A stretch of 24,758 bases of DNA from a virus (lineage: Duplodnaviria; Caudoviricetes). Both the position numbers and the translations under genes were made by a program. The notes beneath the pieces are model-generated. The model saw only the letters and a program-made list of their open reading frames with translations. It ran no database searches and had not been told where the DNA came from. Below, piece by piece: positions 6,549-15,364 of this stretch; positions within the stretch are counted from its first letter, which is position 1, and every line of letters starts with the position of its first letter. The stretch covers positions 1 through 24,758 of the IMG/VR virus record IMGVR_UViG_3300020264_000046, one strand, 5' to 3'.

Positions 6549-9500
6549 TGGCAGCAATTCGTAGTTTCGTAAAAATTCAACCGATAACTGGTAAGTCAGG
6601 TATCGCTCAAAACATGGATCAGGTGCGTAAGAGCATCAATCGCATGGGAGCGGTCACAGATGGCATTGCCAAGAGTTTTTATGATACGACTGAGCTTCTA
6701 AAGTTTGAAACAGAGTATCTTTCAGACACTTCTAAAGCAGAAGTCACGGACATCAAGAAGAAAGATAAGAAGGAAAAGACCAAGTGGACTGACGCCATGC
6801 GGAAATTCCGAAGATCTTTCGCAAAGAAGAAACGTGAGAATTTAGAAGAGCAGGCAGAACAGGGCTTAGAGGAAGGTAAAGAAGAAGGTCGCAAGGCGGT
6901 CGAGAAAGAAAAACCCAAGATGAGTATGCTTGGTAGATTCCTAAATGGAATCTTCAGGGTATTCAAGTATCTTATTATATTTGGGGCACTGAATTGGTTA
7001 AGTAACCCACAGAATGCTGAGAAGGCAGTTAAGGTATTCAAGGTCCTATTTGCCATAGGTAAGTTTGCCTTTAAGCTTACCAAGATGGGCGTCGGGATGA
7101 TTCTCGATGGTCTGACAAATGTCTTCGGCAACTATAGTGAAGAGGGTGCTATCAGACGTGGACTCCGAGGTATACTTGGTGTCGTACAACTGATGGGTGG
7201 ACTTGCTGTGCTTAGGACAGCACAGTATATGATCATGCCTTGGAAACTCATGAAGGACGTTAATCGTCTGAGAATGATTTTCTCAGGGAATGCTGAGGCA
7301 TCTGCTGAAGCAGAAAGAAACGCACAAGTAAGAAAGAGCGGATTTAGAGATCCAAAGACTGGAGTTATATACTCCAAAGAAGAAGTACAACAAATGCGGA
7401 AGGCTGCCGAAAAGGCAGACCGCAAGCGTCCTGGTGCTAAGAAGGCATTTGAGGAGAGATTCGGCAAAGAGAGTCGATTCTCCAAGATGCGTCGCGGCAT
7501 GGGCGACAAGTATAAAGGATTTAAGGGTAAACTCGGCACCAAAGCAAATAAAGTATTTGGTAAACTCGGCGGTAAGGTAAACGTCGGGATGGGTCTCCTT
7601 GGTGGTGCCTCTAGGATTGCAGGAGGTCTCGCTACTGGCGAGAAGGCATCCTCTGCAATCGGTGCTGGTGTGGGTCAGGCAGCGGGTGGTGTCCTTGGTG
7701 GTATTGCAGGCACAGCACTGCTAGGACCCTTCCTGGGACCCTTTGCACCTATCGTTGGTAATGCTATTGGTAGTTTCCTGGGTGAATGGGTAGGTAAAGA
7801 GTTAGGTCCACTCATGGAGCCTATCTTCGGACCTATCAAGAGATACTTTGGTATGGTCTTCGACCTCGTTAAGATGACGTTAGGTCCGATCATCGATCAG
7901 GTCAAAGAGCCCATGGGCATGATCTTTGAGTTGATCGGTAAACTTGGCAAATTCCTGATGGATGGTGCCAAGGTCTTGATGGACTTTACTGGTTTCATCC
8001 TTGGTGCTGTATTTGATGCTATTGGTGGTGTAGTCCAGTTTGTTGTTAACAACGCTAAACGTCTCATGAATCCTGCCTCTGTGGCAGGTGGTATTGCTGA
8101 TGCGTTGACATTCAACCTGTTTGACTTCGACGGAGAGAATAAGAAGGCAGCAGGTGGACCTGTAGAGATGGCAGCAGGTGGTCCCCTGCAATTTGGTAGT
8201 CATCCAGATATGCTCGCTGCTACAGGTGGTCTCTACCTGAAGGCAATCGTAGGTAGTCTTGGTGCATTTGGATTTGTTGGCAACAAGGTAAAAACTGTCT
8301 TAGCACCTGATATTGGAAAACTTGGCGCTGCATTTGGTGTCAGTGTTGGGACAGGCGGTGGAGCTGCAGCAGGTGGTGTAAGTACAGCTGTCACCTTCCA
8401 AGCAACACAGACTGAGAAGAAGAAGGTTGAGAATTCAAAGCAACTCACTTATAAAAAGAATATCTATGGTGCTATTCATGATGGGTTGAATAAACTCCTC
8501 ATCAATGGCATCAAGATCTTTGATCCTGCTCAAGCAGCACAAATAGAGAAGCAAAGATCTCAGGGAGTAACAGGGTCTTCAGCAAGCACCAATAATGGTC
8601 CTGGTGGCACTACTCCAGTTAAAAACATTCCTGGTGGATTTGATGAGAAGTTTGCAGCACTTCTAGGCAACTATGAAGGACTGAGGACAGAGGCATATGC
8701 CGATGCTAACTATGGATGGGAAATTCCTACCATTGGTATTGGTGCAACTTATTATCCATCTGGATTCCGTAAGTCGGGTAAAGTCAAGAAAGGTGACACG
8801 ATCACCGAAGAGGAAGCATATTGGATCAAATCTAAGCATATTATTGAGCACCGTCAACGCCTCGTTGATGAGGTTGGTGGTGACTATAACAAGGCACCTA
8901 ATAGAGTAAAAGCTGCTCTTGAGTCTGTAGTCTTTAACTATGGATCTTTAGATGGTGCTGGCATTAGAGGCACTGTGCAACAGGCACTGAAGAGTGGTGA
9001 TTACGGTCCAGTTATTGCTGCATACCGTAATAAGCTAGCTAAGCATAACGGTGGTATCAATAGCTGGCGTCGTAATGACGAAGCAGGTGTGATGGAATCT
9101 GGCAGCAGTAAGCGTGCTGGTATTCAGTTTGCTGCTGAGGGTGGTAAGGTCATTCAAGATGTGCCTTACATCAACCAGAGAGCAAACAAGGCAGACAAGT
9201 ATGGTCGTCCTGGTGATACTCAGTGCTATTCAACCACGATGGCAATGTGGGTAGCACAACTCACAGGTAAACCCATGACTGCTGAGGACTACAACAAGGT
9301 CCGTAGTGGATATGGTATCTCAACTGAGGCATATCCTCAGAAGAGAGCACTTGCAGACTTTGGTATTGATTCTGTATTAGAAACTGGTCAGAGTTGGGAA
9401 TCACTTCGTAAAGAGGTGCAAGCAGGGTATCCTGTCCCAGTCGGATTCAAATATAAAGGATCTGGACACTGGGGTATGGTTGTTGGATACAAAAACAATG

Positions 9501-10159
9501 GATTCGTTGTACATGATCCATTTGGACAACTAAACTTCGGTGGCACTTGGAAGAAGACTAACAGTGCTGGTGATAAGACAGGTGGTCCTGGTAAGTATTA
9601 CTTCATGGACAAGAATCTCTTCCAGAATCAGTTGCCTGATGGTGATGTCTGGATGTGGAGAGCACCTAGATCTATCAAACCATCTAAGAAAATTGGTGAT
9701 GGATCTGATGTAGATACCACAACATCTGAAGGTAATGTAAATACCACAGGTGACGGTGGTGGTGATACTGAGCAGGCTGCGGATACTAAACCCAAGACTG
9801 TTGCAGAGATGCTGGAAGCATTCAAGACAGGTCTTGCTGAGGCATTAAGTAAACTAGGACCAGATACAGGTATTGATACATCTACCCCTAAGAGTAATGC
9901 TACTGGCGAATCTCTCGAAGACTTAAAACCAGAGAGAGTAACTACTGATCCTTCAAACATTATGGCAGTTGGTAGGGTCAAGGAAGATTCAATGAAGAAA
10001 TTGCAAGCGATCAAGGAGAAGTCAGAGCGTGACGGTCTTGCAGAGGTATACCCTGTCGTGCAGGAGCGTGTAGTGATACAACGTGTCACACAGCAGATAA
10101 ATACATCAGGTAGCACTAGAGCTGTGTATACCAAACCTTCGCCTCTTCTCACTCAGTAA
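6548..10159 (+). CDS. Tape-measure-like protein with GH24 lysozyme and C39-like peptidase domains
   Basis: Charged coiled-coil N-terminus and amphipathic Gly/Ala-rich helices. Lysozyme motif YEGLRTEAYAD...PTIGIG...FNYG...RRNDEA (about 8640-9095). Papain-like VPYINQ...QC...GHW..VVGY...VHDP (about 9160-9660). Follows gp26/gp51. Confidence 0.8.
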   Translation: MAAIRSFVKIQPITGKSGIAQNMDQVRKSINRMGAVTDGIAKSFYDTTELLKFETEYLSDTSKAEVTDIKKKDKKEKTKWTDAMRKFRRSFAKKKRENLEEQAEQGLEEGKEEGRKAVEKEKPKMSMLGRFLNGIFRVFKYLIIFGALNWLSNPQNAEKAVKVFKVLFAIGKFAFKLTKMGVGMILDGLTNVFGNYSEEGAIRRGLRGILGVVQLMGGLAVLRTAQYMIMPWKLMKDVNRLRMIFSGNAEASAEAERNAQVRKSGFRDPKTGVIYSKEEVQQMRKAAEKADRKRPGAKKAFEERFGKESRFSKMRRGMGDKYKGFKGKLGTKANKVFGKLGGKVNVGMGLLGGASRIAGGLATGEKASSAIGAGVGQAAGGVLGGIAGTALLGPFLGPFAPIVGNAIGSFLGEWVGKELGPLMEPIFGPIKRYFGMVFDLVKMTLGPIIDQVKEPMGMIFELIGKLGKFLMDGAKVLMDFTGFILGAVFDAIGGVVQFVVNNAKRLMNPASVAGGIADALTFNLFDFDGENKKAAGGPVEMAAGGPLQFGSHPDMLAATGGLYLKAIVGSLGAFGFVGNKVKTVLAPDIGKLGAAFGVSVGTGGGAAAGGVSTAVTFQATQTEKKKVENSKQLTYKKNIYGAIHDGLNKLLINGIKIFDPAQAAQIEKQRSQGVTGSSASTNNGPGGTTPVKNIPGGFDEKFAALLGNYEGLRTEAYADANYGWEIPTIGIGATYYPSGFRKSGKVKKGDTITEEEAYWIKSKHIIEHRQRLVDEVGGDYNKAPNRVKAALESVVFNYGSLDGAGIRGTVQQALKSGDYGPVIAAYRNKLAKHNGGINSWRRNDEAGVMESGSSKRAGIQFAAEGGKVIQDVPYINQRANKADKYGRPGDTQCYSTTMAMWVAQLTGKPMTAEDYNKVRSGYGISTEAYPQKRALADFGIDSVLETGQSWESLRKEVQAGYPVPVGFKYKGSGHWGMVVGYKNNGFVVHDPFGQLNFGGTWKKTNSAGDKTGGPGKYYFMDKNLFQNQLPDGDVWMWRAPRSIKPSKKIGDGSDVDTTTSEGNVNTTGDGGGDTEQAADTKPKTVAEMLEAFKTGLAEALSKLGPDTGIDTSTPKSNATGESLEDLKPERVTTDPSNIMAVGRVKEDSMKKLQAIKEKSERDGLAEVYPVVQERVVIQRVTQQINTSGSTRAVYTKPSPLLTQ
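10096..10103 (+). promoter_or_regulatory. Probable late promoter for the second tape-measure-like gene
   Basis: GATAAATA 60 nt upstream of ATG 10163. Confidence 0.5.
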
Positions 10160-10162
10160 TAG

Positions 10163-13100
10163 ATGGCAAACAAAGCACCAGCAATTAAAGTACAGAAGGC
10201 AAAACTCTATAAGATGATTTCTTATAGGGGCACTGGTGGTGGCAAGAAGTTTACTGCCTTGAGTGCTGCTGATGAGTTGAGCAAGATCACTAAAGATCAG
10301 GATAAAGCATTTAAGAGTATCACCTCAGGTATGAATTCCTTGGGTGCATCGATGAATGGTATTGCTCTCCAAGTAGAGGCAATGACTCAGGCGATGAAGG
10401 ATCGCGTCAGATCTAAGATCCGTGGTGATAACCTTGTTAACAAGCAAGAAGACGCTAAAGAGAAGCAAGAGGCAGATAGAGAGAAAAGGAAAACTGCCGC
10501 AGAGAGATTACAAGAAGCAAAGAAAAAGAGAGCTGAAGAAGAGGAGAAGAGCGAGAAGAAACCGAAGAAGATTCAGAATGAGAAGATGAAGGAATTCAAG
10601 GAGGCAGCGAAAGGTGCTTTCGGTGGATTCCTTGGTGCTATTGCTAGATTCCTTGGCGGTATCTTTAAGCTCTTCATTGGATTTGCTGCACTGGATTGGG
10701 TCTCTAAGAATCCAGAAAAAGTCCAGAAACTTGCAGAAGCACTCGTCGCTGTTGGTAAGTTTGTCTATAAGATAACGTCATTCCTAGTAGGGTCGGCGTT
10801 GGATGGATTGATTAAGTTTATGGAGAATCCCATATCCCTACAGGGATTGTTGGGATTTGGACAGTTTCTGCTATCTGCTGCTCCTATATTCATAGGGATT
10901 GCATTCCTGAAGGCACCTGGCGCAACAGTCAAATCTGTTGCCTGGGTTGTTACCAACCTTGTTAAGGGTATCCTCAACATTGGTAAAGCAGTAAAGATTG
11001 GTAGCAAGTTAAAGAAATTTGCTAGCTCTAGGTTTGGTAAGGTTGCCATTGCTGGTGGCGTTGGTCTTAGTGCATACCTTGGAGCGAAAGCTGCTGGTGA
11101 TAGTCAAGGAGAGGCAGTTGGTGCTGGTATAGGTACTGGTGGCGGTGCTCTGGTTGGTCAAGCAATCGGTAACAAGATTGGTGGTCCCCTTGGTGGGATG
11201 ATCGGCGGTGTTGCTGGTGGATTTGTTGGTGGTAAGGTAGGTAAGGCAATCGGTGGATTCCTAGAGCCCATCTTTGAGCCCATCCAGAAATTCTTCGGCA
11301 TGGTTGGAGAGGTCTTCAACAATGTGATGGCACCTATCAAGGAGTCCATAGGTGGATTCTTTGAGGCACTTGGTGGTATAATGACTGCCATTCTCGACTT
11401 TGTTGAGCCACATCTACCACTAATCAGTAAGATCCTGGGTATTGGTATCCAGGTCATGTTTGCCCCATTCTTCCTGGGACTGAAGGCACTGACAGCAGTG
11501 CTGAAATTCTTTGCACCTAAGACAGACGAGGTAGATAAAGAGAAGAGTAAGTCAGGTAAAGCGGCAGGTGGAAGATTCCAGACTGCTAAGATGGTCAAAC
11601 CTAAGATGGCATCTGGCGGGACATTCAACCTGCAAGATGAGATGGCGAAGCAACTGAGACGCACCATGAAGGTTGCCAAGGCATTTGGTCAACTCATGCA
11701 ACTCCCCTTCAAGGCACTGGGTGTTGGCATCATGACTGCCATTGGTGGTATCGGTAAAGTATTCGGTGCATTCCTCCCAGCACCTATCAGAAACATGCTG
11801 GGGTCGATGGTTGCACCTATCGCTAAGATCTTTGGTGTGCCAATGTCTGCCATTGGCGGAAGTGCTGCTTCGTCTGAAGAGATGAAGGGTGAAGACGCTG
11901 GTAAGGCAGAAGGTATAGACCCTGCGATGACGTGGGAGGAAAAACTTCTAGAGGCAATCGCTGGTGATAACGGCACTATTTCACTGTTTGGTAAACTATT
12001 CAAGGCAATCGTAGAGCATCCTATCTTTAAGGGTGTGAAGGCAGTTGCAAAAGGTCTGCTAGGTGCTGTTGGTAGTTTCTTCGGATTCGCTGAAGGTGGT
12101 GTTATACCAAAGGCAGCGATGGGTGGATGGATCTCTGGTCCTCAGTCTGGTTACCCTGTGTCACTTGATGGTGGGTTGACCACATCCTTTATTGGTCATG
12201 GCACTGAGTGGGTCGGTATGAAGGGATTTGCAGGCGGTGGTGCATTCGTTGTGCCATTTGACACACCCGCAACTAGAAAGAATCCTGGTCTAACATCTCA
12301 GAGATGGGGTGAAGCAATGCGTGGTGGATATTCCATGCCTGGTTTTGCTGCTGGTGGTAAGTTTGATCCTAAGGCATACGCTAAAGATTCATATCAAGCA
12401 AGTCGAGTAGTATTGAATGATAAGTCATACTATGTGACTTATGCTTATGAAGGTGATCCCTCTGATGCAAAGATCAAAATCAAGAGCATGTCCAAGAGGA
12501 CAAAGGCAGGCACTCTTGGTTTTGGTGAGGAGAGAATTGGTGTTGAGCCTGGCAGTGATGAGTTTAAGGCAGTGATGAATTCTGGTGGTCTTAAGACCGA
12601 CATTGCTAATAGACATAAGACCAAGGGCAATTCTAGAGGTCGTGGTGCTAAAGCTTCTAAGATCACTGAGATCAGTATTCATCCTAAGGCAAATCAATTC
12701 TACGAATTCAATAAGACATACCAAGAAGGCAAGGATTCTGGACTATCTAATCAGGAAGCAGCAGAGAAAGCTGCTACAGAGCATGATACAGTAACTGAAG
12801 CAGATCGCAAGGCAGAAAAGGAGAAGTCTAAATCTAAAACTGAGTCAAAGGATACTGACGAAAAAGAATTAACTATTGATGAGAGGATCCAGAAACTCTT
12901 TGGTAAAGATGGTGCTCTGCAAAAGGGTCTTACCGAGATGGCAAAGTATGGCAGCACCACCAATACAGCTGGCGAAAAGATGGAGACTGCTCAGCAGAAG
13001 AAGACTGAATCTAAGCTAGATAGTCTGAAAGCAATGACAGCAGAGCGTGATGCCGCAATGCAACCTATCGTCCAAGAGCAGCAGGCAGCACCGATTATGG

Positions 13101-13222
13101 CAGGTGGTGGTGGCGAAGAGATAATCGTCCCAACTTCTGACAAGAATGATGCTGACGAGTATCTTCTCGGTAAATTTGGTATTGTCGCTGAGGCGCGATC
13201 TTCACTTGTTAACTTCATGTAA
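10163..13222 (+). CDS. Second tape-measure-like protein, paralog of the upstream gene
   Basis: Shares collinear blocks with 6548-10159 (e.g. EPIFEPIQKFFGMV vs EPIFGPIKRYFGMV). Contains FAEGG...GPQSGY...HGTEWV, a motif seen in tape-measure proteins. Confidence 0.7.
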   Translation: MANKAPAIKVQKAKLYKMISYRGTGGGKKFTALSAADELSKITKDQDKAFKSITSGMNSLGASMNGIALQVEAMTQAMKDRVRSKIRGDNLVNKQEDAKEKQEADREKRKTAAERLQEAKKKRAEEEEKSEKKPKKIQNEKMKEFKEAAKGAFGGFLGAIARFLGGIFKLFIGFAALDWVSKNPEKVQKLAEALVAVGKFVYKITSFLVGSALDGLIKFMENPISLQGLLGFGQFLLSAAPIFIGIAFLKAPGATVKSVAWVVTNLVKGILNIGKAVKIGSKLKKFASSRFGKVAIAGGVGLSAYLGAKAAGDSQGEAVGAGIGTGGGALVGQAIGNKIGGPLGGMIGGVAGGFVGGKVGKAIGGFLEPIFEPIQKFFGMVGEVFNNVMAPIKESIGGFFEALGGIMTAILDFVEPHLPLISKILGIGIQVMFAPFFLGLKALTAVLKFFAPKTDEVDKEKSKSGKAAGGRFQTAKMVKPKMASGGTFNLQDEMAKQLRRTMKVAKAFGQLMQLPFKALGVGIMTAIGGIGKVFGAFLPAPIRNMLGSMVAPIAKIFGVPMSAIGGSAASSEEMKGEDAGKAEGIDPAMTWEEKLLEAIAGDNGTISLFGKLFKAIVEHPIFKGVKAVAKGLLGAVGSFFGFAEGGVIPKAAMGGWISGPQSGYPVSLDGGLTTSFIGHGTEWVGMKGFAGGGAFVVPFDTPATRKNPGLTSQRWGEAMRGGYSMPGFAAGGKFDPKAYAKDSYQASRVVLNDKSYYVTYAYEGDPSDAKIKIKSMSKRTKAGTLGFGEERIGVEPGSDEFKAVMNSGGLKTDIANRHKTKGNSRGRGAKASKITEISIHPKANQFYEFNKTYQEGKDSGLSNQEAAEKAATEHDTVTEADRKAEKEKSKSKTESKDTDEKELTIDERIQKLFGKDGALQKGLTEMAKYGSTTNTAGEKMETAQQKKTESKLDSLKAMTAERDAAMQPIVQEQQAAPIMAGGGGEEIIVPTSDKNDADEYLLGKFGIVAEARSSLVNFM

Positions 13223-14604
13223 TGGCAGAGCAGAAATCAAGACAATTTAAGCTTAATAAGATTACTCTCACTACCAATAGTGATAAGGAGTTTGATCTTA
13301 AGAAGATGGTGCCAGACTTTAAGTACTATGAGTCTATTGAGGCACCCTTCTGTCGTCTAGAATTATCAATGGTTGACTCTGTTGACTTCAACCTGAATCT
13401 CACAGGTGGTGAGAAGGTGCAAATAGATGTAGTCACTGAGGCAGCAGACGGCAAGGGTAAATTAAAACTAGATTTTAGAGTTTACAAGATTGGTAAGATC
13501 ATCAAGTCTGAGCGTGGTCAGTTGTATATCATCTATTGCTGCACACCTGAGATGTATAACAACGAGATCAATAAGGTCTTCAAAGCATTTGGTGCAATCG
13601 CTGAGGGAGCGTCTAAGGATGAAGAAAACCTCCCTAAGCATATCGTCAAGAAGTATCTCAAAGCACCTGGCAAACGTATCAAGGAAGAAAACTTTGAGGC
13701 ACACTCAAAGGTCCAAGTTGTATCACCAAACTGGAGACCTGTTGACCTCATCTCGTATATTTCTGACAAGGTAACTAGAAAGTCATCTGGTAAGAATTCA
13801 AAACCATCGGGTAAGGGATCACAAAAACAATCTGGTTTTCTCTTCTATGAGAATCAACGAGGATTTCAGTTTAGATCTATTGATGGTCTTTGTGAGCAAG
13901 AATCTGGATTCCAATTTGTATATGCACAGCAGGGACATACAGAAGACGAAGGTTACCTAAACATTGAGTCTATTCAATATCCAGACAAAGCAAATCACCT
14001 CAGACATATGAGGATGGGGACATATAAAACTGTAACCAGTGGTGTGAGTCTTGCCAACGTCGGTGCTAACAATGTCACCGCAAATGGTGGTAGTAACAAG
14101 AGTAAATCATCACCGTCAGGGACAATTTACGCTGCAAGAGAAACAGCGTTTGATAAAATTTTTGCCAGAGCAACTCCCCTTCACGAGTCACCCCCATTCA
14201 ATATGCCTGAAGAGGTATCGGGAGAAGGGGCACCACCTACTCGACAAAAAATCAGACCAATTCCTACGTTGATTCATCAGCAGGGTAAGTCTGGTCAACC
14301 AAAAGGAAATCCTGACAGCGGGTCTGAAACCGCTGACACACTAGCAGTTGCAGAATATGCTGCTGCTAGATATAATTTAATGAAGGCAATTCAACTAACA
14401 ATCACAGTCCCAGGTAATACTGGAATCTGTGCTGGTGACGTTATCAAACTCAATATTCCTGCTTCACGCAGTCAGCAAGATAGTGTCATGAAAGATAGAA
14501 AGTTTAGTGGTAAATACCTTATTGCTGCTCATACTTTTACTTTCACCCAGCGAGGTTGTACATCTGAATTGACTTTATTCCGCGATTCCATCCCTAAAAA
14601 ATAA
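13222..14604 (+). CDS. Baseplate hub protein (gp27/gpD/VgrG-hub-like)
   Basis: YYESI..P, FLFYEN..GFQFRSIDGL, and C-terminal ITVPGNTGICAGDVI...SGKYLI....F......T..L.RDS; lies between tape measure and gp5. Confidence 0.65.
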   Translation: MAEQKSRQFKLNKITLTTNSDKEFDLKKMVPDFKYYESIEAPFCRLELSMVDSVDFNLNLTGGEKVQIDVVTEAADGKGKLKLDFRVYKIGKIIKSERGQLYIIYCCTPEMYNNEINKVFKAFGAIAEGASKDEENLPKHIVKKYLKAPGKRIKEENFEAHSKVQVVSPNWRPVDLISYISDKVTRKSSGKNSKPSGKGSQKQSGFLFYENQRGFQFRSIDGLCEQESGFQFVYAQQGHTEDEGYLNIESIQYPDKANHLRHMRMGTYKTVTSGVSLANVGANNVTANGGSNKSKSSPSGTIYAARETAFDKIFARATPLHESPPFNMPEEVSGEGAPPTRQKIRPIPTLIHQQGKSGQPKGNPDSGSETADTLAVAEYAAARYNLMKAIQLTITVPGNTGICAGDVIKLNIPASRSQQDSVMKDRKFSGKYLIAAHTFTFTQRGCTSELTLFRDSIPKK

Positions 14605-14610
14605 ACTACA

Positions 14611-14838
14611 ATGGAAAACATCGAAGCACACATCAAGAAGGATAAGGAAATTCTTGATAATCCTAACACAAATCCCCAAATGCGTCGTCACATCGAAGGC
14701 GAATTGCATGACCTAGAAGAGTATGCAGATCACCATAAGAAGGAGATCGAAGCAGGCGACCATCACGATCCTACATATCTTGAGCTCTACTGTGATCAAA
14801 ACCCATCAGAGCCCGAGTGTCTAGTCTACGAGGATTGA
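14611..14838 (+). CDS. cp12: CP12 Calvin-cycle inhibitor (auxiliary metabolic gene)
   Basis: C-terminal LELYCDQNPSEPECLVYED is the CP12 signature; 75 aa, acidic. Confidence 0.95.
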   Translation: MENIEAHIKKDKEILDNPNTNPQMRRHIEGELHDLEEYADHHKKEIEAGDHHDPTYLELYCDQNPSEPECLVYED

Positions 14839-14863
14839 CAAACCTACAATAAATTATTATAAT
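14835..14863 (+). promoter_or_regulatory. Perfect sigma70-type (early) promoter for cpeT
   Basis: TTGACA(14835-40), 17-nt spacer, TATAAT(14858-63). Confidence 0.9.
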
Positions 14864-14881
14864 AACCATGTAAGGGTTGAG

Positions 14882-15343
14882 ATGAATAACTTTGAAGAGC
14901 TCTTATATGGGCATTATCGTAATAAAATGCAGGCAATGTCTAACCCTGCTCAATGGCCACAGATAGATATCAGGATTTGGCAAACACAGTCAGGTGTATT
15001 TGAGTCCAAATCCTGGTATAAGTATCAGGGCGAAAAGAATGCTTACAACTGGTTAAGGTATAGGATCACAGAATCTACTGAAACCACTGTAAAGACAGAT
15101 ATTTTCAATATTCTTAAACAAGAGGATAGTTGTCCTTTTGTATGGACTTGGGACGGTAGATGGTGGACGGGGATCCCCGCTGATTGGTGTCAAGTCGGTA
15201 AGTATCTAATTAAATCTCGTATCAGATTCGACGGACTGGATTATAGATCCATGGATCAAGGTTGGGATACTGAAACAGATAAGCAAGCGTGGGGTAAACC
15301 TGAAGAAGAGGGTGAGTTTCTCTTCACCTTGCTCGATAAATAA
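14882..15343 (+). CDS. cpeT: CpeT/CpcT-like (T-type) phycobiliprotein lyase
   Basis: GHYRNKMQAMSNPAQWPQI, SKSWYKY, Y.S.D.G......WG......F.F pattern of T-type lyases; compact phage-type length. Confidence 0.85.
   Translation: MNNFEELLYGHYRNKMQAMSNPAQWPQIDIRIWQTQSGVFESKSWYKYQGEKNAYNWLRYRITESTETTVKTDIFNILKQEDSCPFVWTWDGRWWTGIPADWCQVGKYLIKSRIRFDGLDYRSMDQGWDTETDKQAWGKPEEEGEFLFTLLDK
15335..15342 (+). promoter_or_regulatory. Late promoter for gp5
   Basis: GATAAATA overlapping the cpeT stop, 22 nt upstream of ATG 15365. Confidence 0.7.
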
Positions 15344-15364
15344 TCACACGATATAATTATTCAA

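Noticed and set aside
14569-14604. TTGACT as a -35 box for cp12
   Set aside because: No acceptable -10 box at 16-18 nt spacing, and the nearby ATAAACTA departs from the late consensus.
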